From the sequence record NZ_AP023325.1: a stretch of 44,333 bases of DNA; one strand, written 5' to 3'. A program made the translations under genes and the position numbers. This DNA comes from a plasmid. The notes beneath the pieces are model-generated. The model was not told where the DNA came from and made no database searches. It worked only from the letters and a program-made list of their open reading frames with translations. Position 1 is the stretch's first letter; each line of letters opens with the position of its first letter. Positions 28,186 to 39,856 of the stretch are shown in pieces.

Positions 28186-31100
28186 GCCAGCACCTCCTTG
28201 GGAGCGGTGGCAGGCGGCACGGCGCGGTCCTCGCCATAGCGGGCATAGAGTGCGGGCAGCAGCAGCAGGTTGAGCGCGGTCGACGAGATGAGGCCCCGAG
28301 GATAACGATCGCCATCGGATGCTCGATCTCGTGCCCCGGCGCGTTGCCCGCCACGATCAGCGGCACCAGTGCCAGTCCCGCGCAGGCGGCGGTCATCAGG
28401 ATCGGCACCAGTCGCTCCTCCGCGCCGCGCAGCACCAGTTCGCGCCCGAAGGTCATGCCCTCGTGCCGTTCGAGATGCTGGTAGTGCGACAGCAGCATGA
28501 TGCCGTTGCGCGCGGCGATGCCGATGACGGTAACGAACCCGACCAACGAGCCGAGCGACAGCACCCCGCCGGTGAGCGCGACGGCGACTACCCCACCGAC
28601 CAGCGCGAACGGCAGGCTGACACCGACCAGCGCGGTGATCCGGCGCGAACGGAACTCCAGCCAGACCAGCAACAGGATGCCGACGAGGCAGAGCGCGCCG
28701 ATACTCCACAGCCGGCTGCGCGATTCCTTCAGCGCGGCATATTCGCCGAGCACCTGCGGGTGATAGCCGGTCGCGAACGGCACCTTCGCGACCGCGGCGT
28801 CGACCGCCTGCGCGACCGTGCCGAGGTCCGCGCCCGCGACGTTCATCGTCACGTCGAGCCGGCGCTGGCCGTTCTCGCGCTTCACCTCGTTGGGCGCGGG
28901 TGCGATCTCTATATCGGCGATGTCGCCGAGCCGCACCGGCGCCCCGGCGGCCGCATTGCCGGGCAAGGGCACCTGGATCATCAGGTCGCGCAAGGCGTGG
29001 ACGCTGTTGCGCACCGCCGGCTCGCCCCAGACCGCCACGTCGAAGGCGCGCTGGTCGCGGTAGATTTCGCCGACCTTGGCCTGCGCGACCAGCACCTGCG
29101 CCTGGCGGCGCACCTCGCCCGCGGTCAGGCCGAACCGCGCCAGTTCGCCCGCGCGCGGCCGGATGCGGATTTGCGGCACCAAGACCGGATTCCAGCTTCA
29201 GGTCGGAGACGCCCGGGATGCTACCGATCGCCTCGCGGACGCGGGCACCGGCCGCACGCAGCTCCGCCTGGTCCGGACCGTAGATGCGCACGACGATCGT
29301 CGCGCCGGCGCCGGTCAGCACCTCCTTGATCCGCTCGCGCAGATAGGTGAGCACGTCGCGATAGAGGCCGGGGTAGCCCTCGACCACGTCCTTGATCCGC
29401 TTCACCGACGCATCGTAATCGGCGTTCTCGTCGAGGCTGATCCAGAGTTCGGTGAAATTGGGACCGACCACCTCGTCCGCCGCTTCCGCGCGGCCGATAT
29501 GCGCCCCGAAGTTGCGGACGCCGGGGATCGCGCGCAGCTCCTTAGACGCGCGGATCGTGATCCGGTCCATCGCCTCGATCGATGTGCCCGGCTTCTCGAC
29601 GAAGTGCATCAAGAAGTCGGTTTCGCGGAAGTCGGGCAGGAACTGGTCCTTGAAGGTCGTATAGCCGACACCGGCGAGCAGCAGCCCGCCCGCGACGATC
29701 CCGACCGTCATCGCCGGCCTCGCGACCACGCGCGGCAGGAAGCCGACGTAGCGACGCTTCATCGCCGCGACGAAGCGGGTGTCACGCTCCGCCTTCAGCG
29801 GCGCGTTCGGGAGCAGGAGCAGGCACATCGCCGGCGTGACGGTCAGCGCGACTAGCAGCGACATGCCGATCGCCAGCACATAGGCAATGGCGAGTGGCTG
29901 GAAGAAGGTGCCGGCAACTCCGCCCAGGAAGAAGATGGGCACGAACACCAGCATCACGATCAGCGAGGCGAAGACGACCGCCGAGCGCACCTCCAGCGAG
30001 GCAGCCAGCACCACCGCGAAGGCCGGCTTGGGATCGGCCGCCTCGCGGTTCAGACGCAGCCGCCGTGCGATATTCTCCACGTCGATGATCGCATCGTCGA
30101 CCACCTCGCCCAGCGCGATGACGAGCCCGGCAATAATCATCACGTTGATCGTCGCGCCCGACCACAGCAGCATCAGCCCCGCGCCGAGCAGCGACAGCGG
30201 GATCGCGACGAGGCTGATCGTTGCCTGCCGCCAGTCGCGGGTGAACAGGAACAGCACCGCCGCCACCAGCGCGCAGCCGATCATCAGCGCGCGGGTGAGA
30301 TTGTCGATCGAACGCTCGATGAATGTCGCCGGGCGGAAGATGGTCGTGTCGACCTTGACGTCCTTGAGACCCGGCTTCAGCTCGGCAAACGCGGCCTCAA
30401 CCGCGCGGGTCAGCTCCAGCGTATTGGCGGTAGGCTGCTTCTCGACGATCAGCATGATGCCCGGGCCGTCGTCGATGATGGCATTGCCGATCGGGGCATT
30501 GAAGCCGTCGACCACGCGGGCGACGTCACCGATCCGGACCGGTGCTTCGCCCGCCTGCTTGACGACCGCCCGTGCAAGCTCGGCCGCGGTCTGCACCGTG
30601 CCCGTCTGCTGGACGGCGAGGCGCTGGTTGGGCGTGTCGACGAACCCGCCGCCTCCCACCAACACCGCGTCGCCAGCAGCCGCGCGCACCTCCGCCAGCG
30701 TCACGCCGGACGCGCGCAGACGATCGGGATTGACCAGCACCTGCAACTGCCGGTCGCGCTGCCCCCAAACCGCGACGTTGGCGACGCCGGGGACCGCCAT
30801 CAGCCGCGGGCGGATCGTCCAGCGCACCAGCTCGGACAATTGCATCTGGTCGAGCTTCGTCGACGACAGCCCGACCTTCATCGCCCGGCTCGTTGACGAC
30901 AAGGGGGGCATCAGGACCGGCTGACGCGCGGCAAGTGGCAGGCGTGGCTGCACCTGCGCGATGCGCTCGCCGACCATCTGGCGGGCGCGGATCACGTCGG
31001 ACCCGCGCTCGAACAGGATTTGCACCGACGACAGGCCCAGCACCGACTTCGATCGCAGCGTCATCAGGCCGGGCACGCCGTTGACCGCCGTCTCGATCGG

Positions 31101-31300
31101 CACCGTCACCGGCTTTCGACCTCCTCGGTCGACAGCCCCGGCGCCTCGGTCTGGATTTCCACCATCGGCGGTGCGAATTCGGGGAACACGTCGAGCGGCA
31201 CGTCGCGACCGGCGCGAACGCCGAGCACGACCAGCAAGGCGGCCAGCGCGAGGACGAGGACACGCTGTGCCAGCGCGAAGTGGACGAGCCGGCCGAGCAT
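28182..31300 (-). CDS. Heavy-metal-efflux RND pump (CzcA/CusA family), at least 3 frameshifts.
   Basis: Long RND TM signature ([47 protein letters not shown]) spread over several ORF-track frames. Confidence 0.75.
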
Positions 31301-32276
31301 CAGTGCGCCGCCCCGAACTCGGTGCCGAACAGCTCGGCCGCGCCATCGGTGACGACATGCGCGCCGGCCGTCAGCCCGCGCGCCAGCAGCGCCCGTCCGC
31401 CGCTTTCCGACGCCACCTCGACGCGCTGGCGCACGAAGGTGTCGGGCGCGGTCCGCTGATAGACCCACTCGCCACCGTGGATATCGCGCAGGATCGCCGC
31501 GGACGGCACCGACAGTCCCTCGGTCTGCCCGGCGAGCGGCAGGTCCACCGCGACCCGCTGGCCGACGCGGAAGGCGCGATCGCGATTGTCGATGGCGTAA
31601 TACAGGTCGACCGTGCCCGCGACGGTGTTGGCCGAAGGCGGCGCCTGAACCGGGCGCGCGGCGCGGGAGCGCCGCCATCGCCGAGCGTGCGCACCGTCGC
31701 GCTGGCCGCGCGGCGCACATCGCCCATGTCGCTGCCGAACACCGATGCGCGAACCCATAGGACGGGCTGCGAGCCGAGCGCGGCGACTGCCGGTCCGAGC
31801 AACCGTCGCTGCTGACGGGCAGCGCCGAGCGCCGCCTGCGCCGCTGCCATCGCCGCTGCGGCTTCGTCGCGGGCGCGCACGCTACCGGCCTCCTCGCGCA
31901 CCAGGCTTTCCGCCCGGTCGAGCGCGATCCTCGCCAGCCGCGCCTGCGCCGTGGCGCGGGCCAGTTCGGCGTCGGCCGCCGCCTGCTGGCTGCCGATCTG
32001 CTGGAGGTTGGTGGTCGAGTTGACCGGCACGCCATTGGCGCTGATCGGCGGCACGACGATCTCGCCGGCAACCTCGCGCGTGGCGGAGGCCGATCCTCCA
32101 CCCACCCGCGCCATTGCTATGCCAAGACGCTGCTGGGCCTGGGGGGTGAGGGTCAGCTTCAACAGCTCGCTCTCATGCGCGATCGTCTCCGCATGGGCGG
32201 GCGGCGCGGGCGGCTTCGTAGCCTTCTCGCCACAGCCGGCGAGCAGGATCGGGATCAGGAAAAGGGTTTGACGCAT
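31300..32276 (-). CDS. RND membrane-fusion protein (CzcB/CusB-like), 1 frameshift.
   Basis: Lipoprotein signal LLAGCG. Beta-barrel/hairpin MFP motifs. Its stop overlaps the RND start. Confidence 0.65.
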
Positions 32277-32479
32277 CCCGGCGACCTAGCGGCCCAAGAA
32301 TGGGCGCCGCTGGAGCCGACTATACAAAGTCCCAATGTATGCCGTCATGGGCAGGTTTTGATTTGAATTTGCCCGTGCAATCCACGACCTGAATAGCCGT
32401 GCTGTCATGCGATGGCGGCCTCAGACCGCTAAGTCGGGGCGCCGATAATCAATGAGCTGGCGTCAAAGGACGTGCGACC

Positions 32480-33247
32480 ATGCAAAGCGAAACTCTGCGA
32501 CAATACGGCAAGGTGCCTGCCGTCACGCTCGGCTTCTGGATCGTCAAGATTCTGGCGACGACGCTCGGCGAAACGGGGGGCGATACGCTCAGCATGACGA
32601 TGAACCTCGGTTATCTGGCGGCGACGGGCATTTTCGCTGTCCTGCTGATCACGCTGGTGACGGCGCAGGTCGCCGCCCGTCGGTTCCACCCGCTGCTCTA
32701 TTGGGCGACGATCATCGCCTCCACGACGGCCGGCACGACGATGGCCGACTTCGCGACGCGCTCGCTCGGGATCGGCTACACTGGCGGGTCGCTTTTATTG
32801 CTGGCACTGGTGCTGGCGTCCCTCGCAACCTGGCGTGCGGTGATGGGGCGGATCGATGCCGACGATATTCAGGACCGTCGCGCCGAACTGTTTTACTGGC
32901 TGACGATTACCTTCTCGCAGACGCTCGGAACCGCGCTCGGCGACTGGCTCGCCGATACCGGCGGGCTGGGTTATCTCGGTGCTGCGCTGGTGTTCGCGGG
33001 CGGTCTGGCGGTGCTGACGCTGCTCTACCTGCGCACATCGGTCGACCGCGTCATCTTGTTTTGGGCAGCGTTCATCCTGACCCGGCCGCTCGGCGCGGCG
33101 GTGGGGGACTTTCTCGATAAGCCGGTCGCAAAGGGCGGTTTGGACTTCAGTCGGCCAGTGGCATCGGGTGTCCTGATCGCAGCCGTCGTCCTGCTGGTCT
33201 TGCTGTTGCCTCAGCGTCCCGGTCGCCACGGTGATGCTGCCGTCTGA
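32480..33247 (+). CDS. Membrane protein with four internal T(T)xG…D repeats (COG4705-like), hypothetical.
   Basis: ORF track. Repeated LGETGGD / AGTTMAD / LGTALGD / LGAAVGD units. Confidence 0.45.
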   Translation: MQSETLRQYGKVPAVTLGFWIVKILATTLGETGGDTLSMTMNLGYLAATGIFAVLLITLVTAQVAARRFHPLLYWATIIASTTAGTTMADFATRSLGIGYTGGSLLLLALVLASLATWRAVMGRIDADDIQDRRAELFYWLTITFSQTLGTALGDWLADTGGLGYLGAALVFAGGLAVLTLLYLRTSVDRVILFWAAFILTRPLGAAVGDFLDKPVAKGGLDFSRPVASGVLIAAVVLLVLLLPQRPGRHGDAAV

Positions 33248-33354
33248 GATGGGCATTCCGCACATGGATGCCTGAGCGACTTTCCCCCAAACGAACGGGT
33301 AGCGAGACGGCCAGCGCTTTCCCACAAGGATCGAGAAACGGGAATATGCGACGA

Positions 33355-33818
33355 TTAAAGGGGTAGACCTAGAAAAGCTGTACCGGGGATCGGATTGTAG
33401 GATACGGGTTCCGCCGGCACAAAGCCGAACGCTTCGTATAGCTTCCGAGCGGACGTGAACTCCTCTAACACATCCAGTCTCATTTCGACGTAGCCAGCCT
33501 TGCGGGCCTCTAAAATCAACTGGCCTACCAAGTCTCGACCTAGCTGCGTTCCCCGTGCCCGTGGGCGGACATACAGGCGCTTCATCTCGCAAAGGCCGGG
33601 CGGACTTGGCGATAGGCGATGCAACCATCTATCTCGCCATCGTTGTCCGCTACCAACACACATCCCTTCGGCGGTGCGTACTTACCGGGCAACGTCGCGA
33701 ACTCAGCATCGTTAGCTTGATAGTCGAGGCTAACGCTTGGACTGGCGATATACTCCCGCCAGATATCCAGCACTGTGTGAAGGTCGGCCGGGAAATTAGC
33801 CCATCTGATAATCGTCAT
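33355..33818 (-). CDS. GNAT-family N-acetyltransferase, 1 frameshift.
   Basis: …CEMKRLYVRPRARGTQLGRDLV… acetyl-CoA-binding motif. Confidence 0.6.
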
Positions 33819-33964
33819 AGCTCCATGCTTCACAAAAACGTGGCGGCAATGTGAGCGCACCTACCCGGCAGGGGTATCTCGATTGGGAACAGCCAGCGAG
33901 CCGGCGCGGGCGTTCTCGAAATCGATTGAATGTCGGGAAAAGCGACCTGACCAGCGAGCAGGGC

Positions 33965-34306
33965 CTACTCGGCGTTGCGGCGCAAAGTCCTCTCGATCAG
34001 CCAAAGGTGCAGAAGCTGCACCGCGACAAGTGTGACACCGGTTCCGACCAGCACGGGGAATACAAGTGACTCCTGCCCGGCTCGGGCAGGAACATTCAAC
34101 GCCATGAATACCTGAAAGCCAAGAACGCCGATTGCCAAGATCGGTATGAAGGCAAGCGCAACGGATCGGGGCGCGGACCAATTCACTGCCCCTGTGATCC
34201 CCCACTGCATTGGAAGTCGGCTCTCGTTGCGAAAGCGTATGTTCGCGCGGTAAGCTAAGGCAGAAAGTATCACGACAAAGACTGCCGAAACGACCAGCAT
34301 ACCCAT
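33965..34306 (-). CDS. Small membrane protein (113 aa) in a lower-GC patch.
   Basis: ORF track. 3-4 TM helices. Confidence 0.4.
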   Translation of the reverse strand: MGMLVVSAVFVVILSALAYRANIRFRNESRLPMQWGITGAVNWSAPRSVALAFIPILAIGVLGFQVFMALNVPARAGQESLVFPVLVGTGVTLVAVQLLHLWLIERTLRRNAE

Positions 34307-34434
34307 AAACCGGCTCCTTCACGGATCGTCGTAGCATATTACCGACACAACGTCTCGCCTTCCCGTTTGGGATCGAATATCGGGAAACAGATATCTTTCC
34401 CAAAACCCGTCAGACGCCTCAAAATCGAGAACAC

Positions 34435-35306
34435 CTATCGCGAGGCGATCACGTTCAGCAAAGCGTCCGCAGCTTTCGTGCGGTAGCGCTCCTTGTGTCG
34501 TAATCCGAAGAAGGGGCGAGGCTCGAACGCGATCGGGGCGACGTGCAGCGCACCTGCCGCGACGGCCGGTCCCACCACCAGCGCCGACAGGACGGCGACG
34601 CCGGCACCCGCCTCGACAGCCGTGCGGACGCTCTCGTTGGAGGGCATCGTCAGCGCCACGTCGAGCATGGTCGGATCGACACTCAAGCGGCGCAGGTGGC
34701 GGTCGAACGTCGAGCGCGTGCCGGACCCCGGTTCGCGCAGCACCCAGCGCGCCTGACGCAGCCAATCGGCGTCGATCGGCGCATTCCCGAACGGGCTGGC
34801 ACTCACCAGCAACAACCGATCCTCGCCGATCGGCCAGTGCGCCAGCGCCGGATCGTCGATCTGCCCCTCGACGATCCCTAGGTCCGCTCCACCGTCATGG
34901 ACGCGGGCGGCTGCCTGCTCGCTGTTGCCGATCGCGAGGTCGATAGCGATCGCGGGGTGGCGCGTGTGGAAGGTCGCGAGGAAAGGCGGCAGCCAATAAG
35001 CAGCGATGGTCTGGCTGGCGACGACCCGGAGCGTGCCCCGCTCCAGTCCGCCCAATTCGCGCAGGACCGTCTGAGCCATGTCCGCCCGCGCGAGGACCCC
35101 GCGCGCTTCGGCCAGAACAGTCGCCCGGCCTCGGTCAGCGCAATGCCGCGCCCGACGCGGTGGAACAGCTTGATTTGATGCCGCTCCTCCAGCGCCGCAA
35201 TGGCCGCAGAGGCCGCCGACTGGGTGACGTTCAGGGCGCGGGCGGCAGCGGTCATGTGCTCCCGCTCGGCCACGGCGACGAAAATGCGAAGCTGCTCAAG
35301 CGTCAT
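34435..35306 (-). CDS. LysR-family transcriptional regulator (YeiE-like), 1 frameshift.
   Basis: N-terminal HTH MTLEQLRIFVAVAEREHMTAAARALNVTQSAAS plus a substrate-binding domain. Divergent from a YeiH-family gene. Confidence 0.7.
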
Positions 35307-35415
35307 GCTTCGCCTATAAGGCAAACGATCACATTTGACGATCGGAATGACAATATAGATGCGTTAGAACGATCAGTGGTTGCGGCATAGATGATGCGGC
35401 GGAAGGAACACCGCC

Positions 35416-36474
35416 GTGACCACCATTGCTCAATCCCACGCTGCCGCGTCGATCACCGAGTCCGACAGGCTGCTCACGCTCCTGCCGGGTATCGGTCTGT
35501 GCCTGGTCGTAACCGGCGTCGCTTATGCGCTGGAGGCAGGCGAGCGCGCCTGGCGGGAAAGGCGTGGCTGGAGGCGCTGGTGCTCGCCATTCTGATCGGT
35601 ACCGCGATCCGCAGCCTGTGGACGCCCGGCGACCGATGGCACGAGGGCATCGCATTCAGTGCCAAGTATCTCGGAAGTCGCAGTCGTCCTGCTCGGCGCT
35701 TCCGTCAGTGCCGCCACCATTTTGGCCGCTGGTGTCCCGTTGCTCGTCGGCATCGCCGGCGTGGTGGCGAGTGCGATCCTGCTCAGCTTCGGCATCGGGC
35801 GCCTGCTCGGCCTGCCGACGCGCATGGCGCTGCTGGTCGCATGCGGCAATTCGATCTGCGGCAACTCGGCCATCGCCGCGGTGGCACCGGTGATCGGGGC
35901 CGACAGCGATGACGTCGCCGCCTCCATCGCGTTCACCGCCGTGCTGGGCGTCATCGTGGTGCTGGGCCTGCCGCTGCTCGGCATCGCGCTGGGCATGAGC
36001 GGCATCGCCTTCGGGGCGCTGGCCGGACTGACCGTGTACGCGGTGCCGCAGGTGATCGCGGCCGCCTCGCCACTGGGGGCTGCGGCCGTGCAGATGGGGA
36101 CGCTGGTCAAGCTCGTCCGCGTGCTGATGCTGGGGCCTGTGTGCCTCGTCCTGTCGCTGATCGCACCACGCCTTGCCCCGCAGCAGATGCCTGCGGAAGA
36201 GGTCGTGGCGGGCACCGCGCGGGCAAAGACGTTCGATCTCGCTCATCTCGTCCCGTGGTTCATCATCGGCTTTCTCGTGATGGTCGCCTGCCGGTCGTTT
36301 GGGCTGGTGCCGACCGCTGCGATTCCGCCGATCGGCCGCATTGCCACCTTGCTGACCGTGGTGTCGATGGCGGCATTGGGGTTGGGCGTCGACGTTCGCA
36401 CCGTCGCAAAGGCAGGCGGCAAGGTGACGACTGCCGTGGTGCTGTCGCTGCTCGTCTGGGCGCGATCAGCATGA
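35416..36474 (+). CDS. YeiH/UPF0324 (COG2855) putative sulfate-exporter-family membrane protein, at least 2 frameshifts.
   Basis: Multi-TM. Classic LysR-divergent arrangement. Confidence 0.6.
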
Positions 36475-36599
36475 CCCTGCTGGCCCTGTTGCACATCGCG
36501 TGACGGCCGATCGTGGCCGAAGCGGATCGAATGACATGGGTTTATGTTGAGCCGGATGCGCGGATCGCCCGTGTCTGACCGTATGGAGTTGCCGATATC

Positions 36600-36968
36600 G
36601 TGAGAATCCCGCTCAAGACAGCGCTCGCCGCTGCCGCTCTGGTCAGCGGCACGGCGCTGGCCCAGACCAGCGACTTCGCCACCGTGATGGCCGGTGCGAT
36701 GCAGCGCATGCATCAGGCGATGGCGGTCCCATCGACCGGCGATCCCGATCGCGACTTCGCCGCGATGATGATCCCGCATCATCAGGGTGCGATCGACATG
36801 GCCGAGGCGGAACTCCGCTTCGGCAAGGACGAGCGGCTACGCCGCATGGCACAAGGCATCATCGTCGAGCAGCGGCAGGAGATTGCCGTGATGCAGGCCA
36901 TCCTGAACGAAAAGGGCGGCGCTCCCGCCGCTCCCCAGACCCACCATTCGGAAGGAACCCATCGGTGA
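36600..36968 (+). CDS. DUF305-domain periplasmic protein (associated with copper/metal resistance).
   Basis: Signal peptide. MIPHHQGAIDMA motif. Confidence 0.65.
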   Translation: MRIPLKTALAAAALVSGTALAQTSDFATVMAGAMQRMHQAMAVPSTGDPDRDFAAMMIPHHQGAIDMAEAELRFGKDERLRRMAQGIIVEQRQEIAVMQAILNEKGGAPAAPQTHHSEGTHR

Positions 36969-38103
36969 AGCAGCTGATCCTCGCAGCCCTTGCCGGCACC
37001 ATGCTGGCCCCCGTCGCGGCGACCGCGCAGCAGGTGCCGAACGCACAGCCCGACATGCCCGTCTCGTCCAGCGACCGGTTCTACACCTCGGACCAGTTTT
37101 CCAACACCGTGTCGGTCATCGATCCGTCGACCAACCGGCTTCTTGGCGTCATCAAGCTGGGCGATCCGACGCCGATGAACCTCAGCCCGCTCTATCGTGG
37201 GCAGCTGCTGGTCCACGGCATGGGCTTCTCGCCCGACCGGCGGACGCTCGCCGTCGTGTCGATTGGATCGAATGCGGTCAGCTTCATCGACACCGCCACC
37301 AACAGCGTTCGCCACACGACCTATGTCGGCCGCAGCCCGCACGAGGCCTTCTTCCGCCCCGACGGCCGGGAGGTCTGGGTCAGCGTGCGCGGCGAGGACT
37401 ATATCGCCGTCCTCGATGGTACGACCTACAAGGAGACGGGCCGCATTCCCGTCCCGAACGGTCCCGGCATGACGATCTTCTCGCCGGACGGGAAGTATGG
37501 CTATGTCTGCTCCAGCTTCTCGCCCGAAACCGTGGTGATCGACACCACGTCGAAGCAGATCGTCGGCCGGGTGAAGCAGGAAAGTCCCTTCTGCCCCGAC
37601 ATCGCCGCGACGCCCGATGGCAAGCAGGTCTGGCTGACGCTGAAGGACATCGGCAAGGTCATGGTGTTCAACGCGAAACCTCCGTTCGCGGTCCTGAAGA
37701 GCTTCGCGACAGGCGCGATCACCAATCACGTCAATATCGCGAAGACGCCGCGTGGCCAGTTCGCCTATGTGACGGTCGGCACCGAAAATGTCGTGAAGGT
37801 GTTCCGCACCGACGATTTCACCCAGGTCGCGACGGTCCCGGTTGGAGCGCTGCCGCACGGGCTATGGCCCTCGGGCGACGGCAGCCGCATCTATGTCGGC
37901 TTGAGAATGCCGATGCGGTTGCCGCGATCGACACCGCGACGAACAAGGTCATCGCGACCATCCCGATCGGGCAAGGCCCGCAAGGGGTCGCCTATGTTCC
38001 AGGCGCGGTGCCGTTAGGCACCGGCATGGCCAATCTCCAACCACTCGCCAAGGCGGGTGAGAAGGTTCAGCTGATGCTCTCCGGCACCGGACGGAGCCAG
38101 TGA
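36965..38103 (+). CDS. YVTN-family beta-propeller repeat protein, 1 frameshift ~37900.
   Basis: Repeated …NTVSVIDPSTN… / …DTATN… YVTN-like blades. Signal peptide. Confidence 0.6.
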
Positions 38104-38393
38104 CGCTGTTCGATCAGGGGCAGGTGCAGATCCTGCAAGCCGCCGTCGCGGGCCTGCCGCCGAAGATACCGTTCGTGCTGGGCCTGTCCACCAGCCCCGA
38201 TGGCAAAGGCCCGGTAGAACCGCTGGCCAAGTTCATGACCAATCCCGCAGGCGGTGCGATCGTGAATGCGGTTGGACCGCTGCGGCAGATCGTCACACAG
38301 TCTGCTCCCGCAGGGGCGCGTCGCTATCTGGTGATCGCGTCTGGTCAGCCGGACGCCGTGGGCAACGTCGTTCAACGGCAGGTCGAACAGTAA
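38100..38393 (+). CDS. Hypothetical 97-aa ORF. Its GTG overlaps the upstream stop and it may be a C-terminal extension of the propeller protein.
   Basis: ORF track only. Confidence 0.3.
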   Translation: MTLFDQGQVQILQAAVAGLPPKIPFVLGLSTSPDGKGPVEPLAKFMTNPAGGAIVNAVGPLRQIVTQSAPAGARRYLVIASGQPDAVGNVVQRQVEQ

Positions 38394-38408
38394 CGGATAC
38401 CCGTTCTT

Positions 38409-38441
38409 AAACGAGCATCGGGGACGCCCCGATGCTCGTTT
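38409..38441 (+). terminator. Perfect 15-bp stem / 3-nt loop hairpin AAACGAGCATCGGGG-ACG-CCCCGATGCTCGTTT.
   Basis: Seen in sequence after the metal cluster. No T-tract. Confidence 0.5.
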
Positions 38442-38452
38442 CCAACTATCGA

Positions 38453-38588
38453 TTCCCAAAAACGAACGTGTGACGGGAATCCGGCCACGCCGATCGCGCT
38501 GACGGACGCCTGCGGGTTCCGCTTTCCCGAAACCTGTTCCCGATTTACAATTCCCGAAACTGCCAATTTCGACGGGGAAACGGGAAAG
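38453..38588. promoter_or_regulatory. res: res-like array of TTCCC/GGGAA half-sites upstream of the resolvase at 38589. Includes ATTCCC-N17-GGGAAT, TTCCCGAAAC x2 and TTTCGACGGGGAAACGGGAAAG.
   Basis: Seen in sequence. Position and architecture typical of resolvase res subsites I-III. Confidence 0.55.
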
Positions 38589-39167
38589 ATGCTGATCGGC
38601 TATGCGCGTGTCTCGACGGCCGATCAGGATTTGACGTTGCAACTCGATGCACTGGCAAAGGCCGGGTGCGAGAAGGTGTTCACCGACAAGGCGAGCGGCG
38701 CGAAGATCAACCGGCCGGGGCTGATCGAGGCGCTGGGTTTCGCACGCGCCGGCGACACGCTGGTAATCTGGAAACTCGATCGGCTCGGTCGCTCGATCCA
38801 AGGCCTGATCGCGCTGGCGGCGGACCTGTCGGCACGGGGGATTGATTTTCGCTCGCTGACGGACGGGTTTGATACATCGACGGCATCGGGCCGGCTCCTG
38901 TTCCATATCCTCGCCTCGGTCGCGGAAATGGAGCGCGAGCTGGTCAAGGAGCGGACGATCGCCGGCTTGGCGGCTGCGCGCGAGAAGGGCAGCACGGGAG
39001 GGCGCAAGCTGGTGATGACGCCCGACAGGATCGACACGGCCTGCAAGTTGCTCGCCGTGGGCGAGAAGCCGGCGCGGATCGCGAAGCTGCTGGGCGTTGG
39101 CCTCTCGACCTTCTACCGGCAATTCCCGGCGAGCGAACGGGAGGCCGCGTCCAGCACCGAAGGGTGA
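38589..39167 (+). CDS. Serine recombinase/resolvase, intact (192 aa).
   Basis: MLIGYARVSTADQDLTLQ…, C-terminal HTH. Confidence 0.85.
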   Translation: MLIGYARVSTADQDLTLQLDALAKAGCEKVFTDKASGAKINRPGLIEALGFARAGDTLVIWKLDRLGRSIQGLIALAADLSARGIDFRSLTDGFDTSTASGRLLFHILASVAEMERELVKERTIAGLAAAREKGSTGGRKLVMTPDRIDTACKLLAVGEKPARIAKLLGVGLSTFYRQFPASEREAASSTEG

Positions 39168-39427
39168 TGCCTAGCCGCCCGCGCGTCCAACTATGCCGGC
39201 GATTGTGGGGCCACCTTCACGGTGCGAGGCCACTGAAACACCAGCGTGTCGCTCTCGTCACGAACCTCGACGCGCTCCGCCAAACCCATGTCAATGATCT
39301 CGCGGGCGTGATCTTGGACGGCGGTCAGGGATGACCTTTCCAAGTTTCACTACCATCCCAGCGGTGCCCGTTATTGAAGCGGATGATCTGGTAATCCATC
39401 GATCGGTCCTTGGGTGTAGAGGTGAAG

Positions 39428-39856
39428 ATGAACAAGCTGACCAGCGACGCCATTGAGGTCGTCAACCGCAACGCGCTCGTCACCGTCGCGCTGAACCAAG
39501 GCTATAACGCCTATCTGCCAGTCTATGACAACGGCATCGACCTGATCCTGCATAACGAGGCGTCGGGCGACACCCGACTTATTCAGCTCAAGGGGCGGTG
39601 GACGATCGACCGCAAATACATAGGCCGCGACATTTGGATCGCGTTTCCCGATCGTGGATGCTGGTATGTGGCCCCGCACGATGAGATGATGCGGCTCGGC
39701 GAGCGACACACCATGACGGAAAGCTGGGCGAGGGGCACCTATAGCAAGAGCCCGCTTAGCAAGACGGATTGCGAGGAGCTGGCCGACTATCGTTTCGGCG
39801 ATCCCGATCTTGTGATCGCGGAAGCGGAAAAGCTGGAGAGGATGGATGACGCATGA
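39428..39856 (+). CDS. Small PD-(D/E)xK-like (Hjc/restriction-endonuclease-fold-like) protein, ~142 aa. Its stop overlaps the ATG of the downstream ATPase gene.
   Basis: GAGGTG SD. Motif YDNGIDLILHN…(11)…IQLKGR (D…Q/E-x-K). Lower GC. ATGA coupling to the next gene. Confidence 0.5.
   Translation: MNKLTSDAIEVVNRNALVTVALNQGYNAYLPVYDNGIDLILHNEASGDTRLIQLKGRWTIDRKYIGRDIWIAFPDRGCWYVAPHDEMMRLGERHTMTESWARGTYSKSPLSKTDCEELADYRFGDPDLVIAEAEKLERMDDA

Noticed and set aside
33319-34401. Possible integron cassette (attC-like sites flanking the GNAT gene)
   Set aside because: No intI, attI or Pc anywhere, and the sites lack attC R''/L'' architecture. Kept only as generic recombination-site candidates.
35523-36246. 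230-aa and 196-aa minus-strand ORFs
   Set aside because: Antisense to the YeiH-family membrane protein gene. Low-complexity Ala/Ser/Arg-rich.
39371-39709. 112-aa minus-strand ORF
   Set aside because: Antisense to the better-supported small PD-(D/E)xK-like gene, which has an SD sequence, coupling to the ATPase gene and natural composition.
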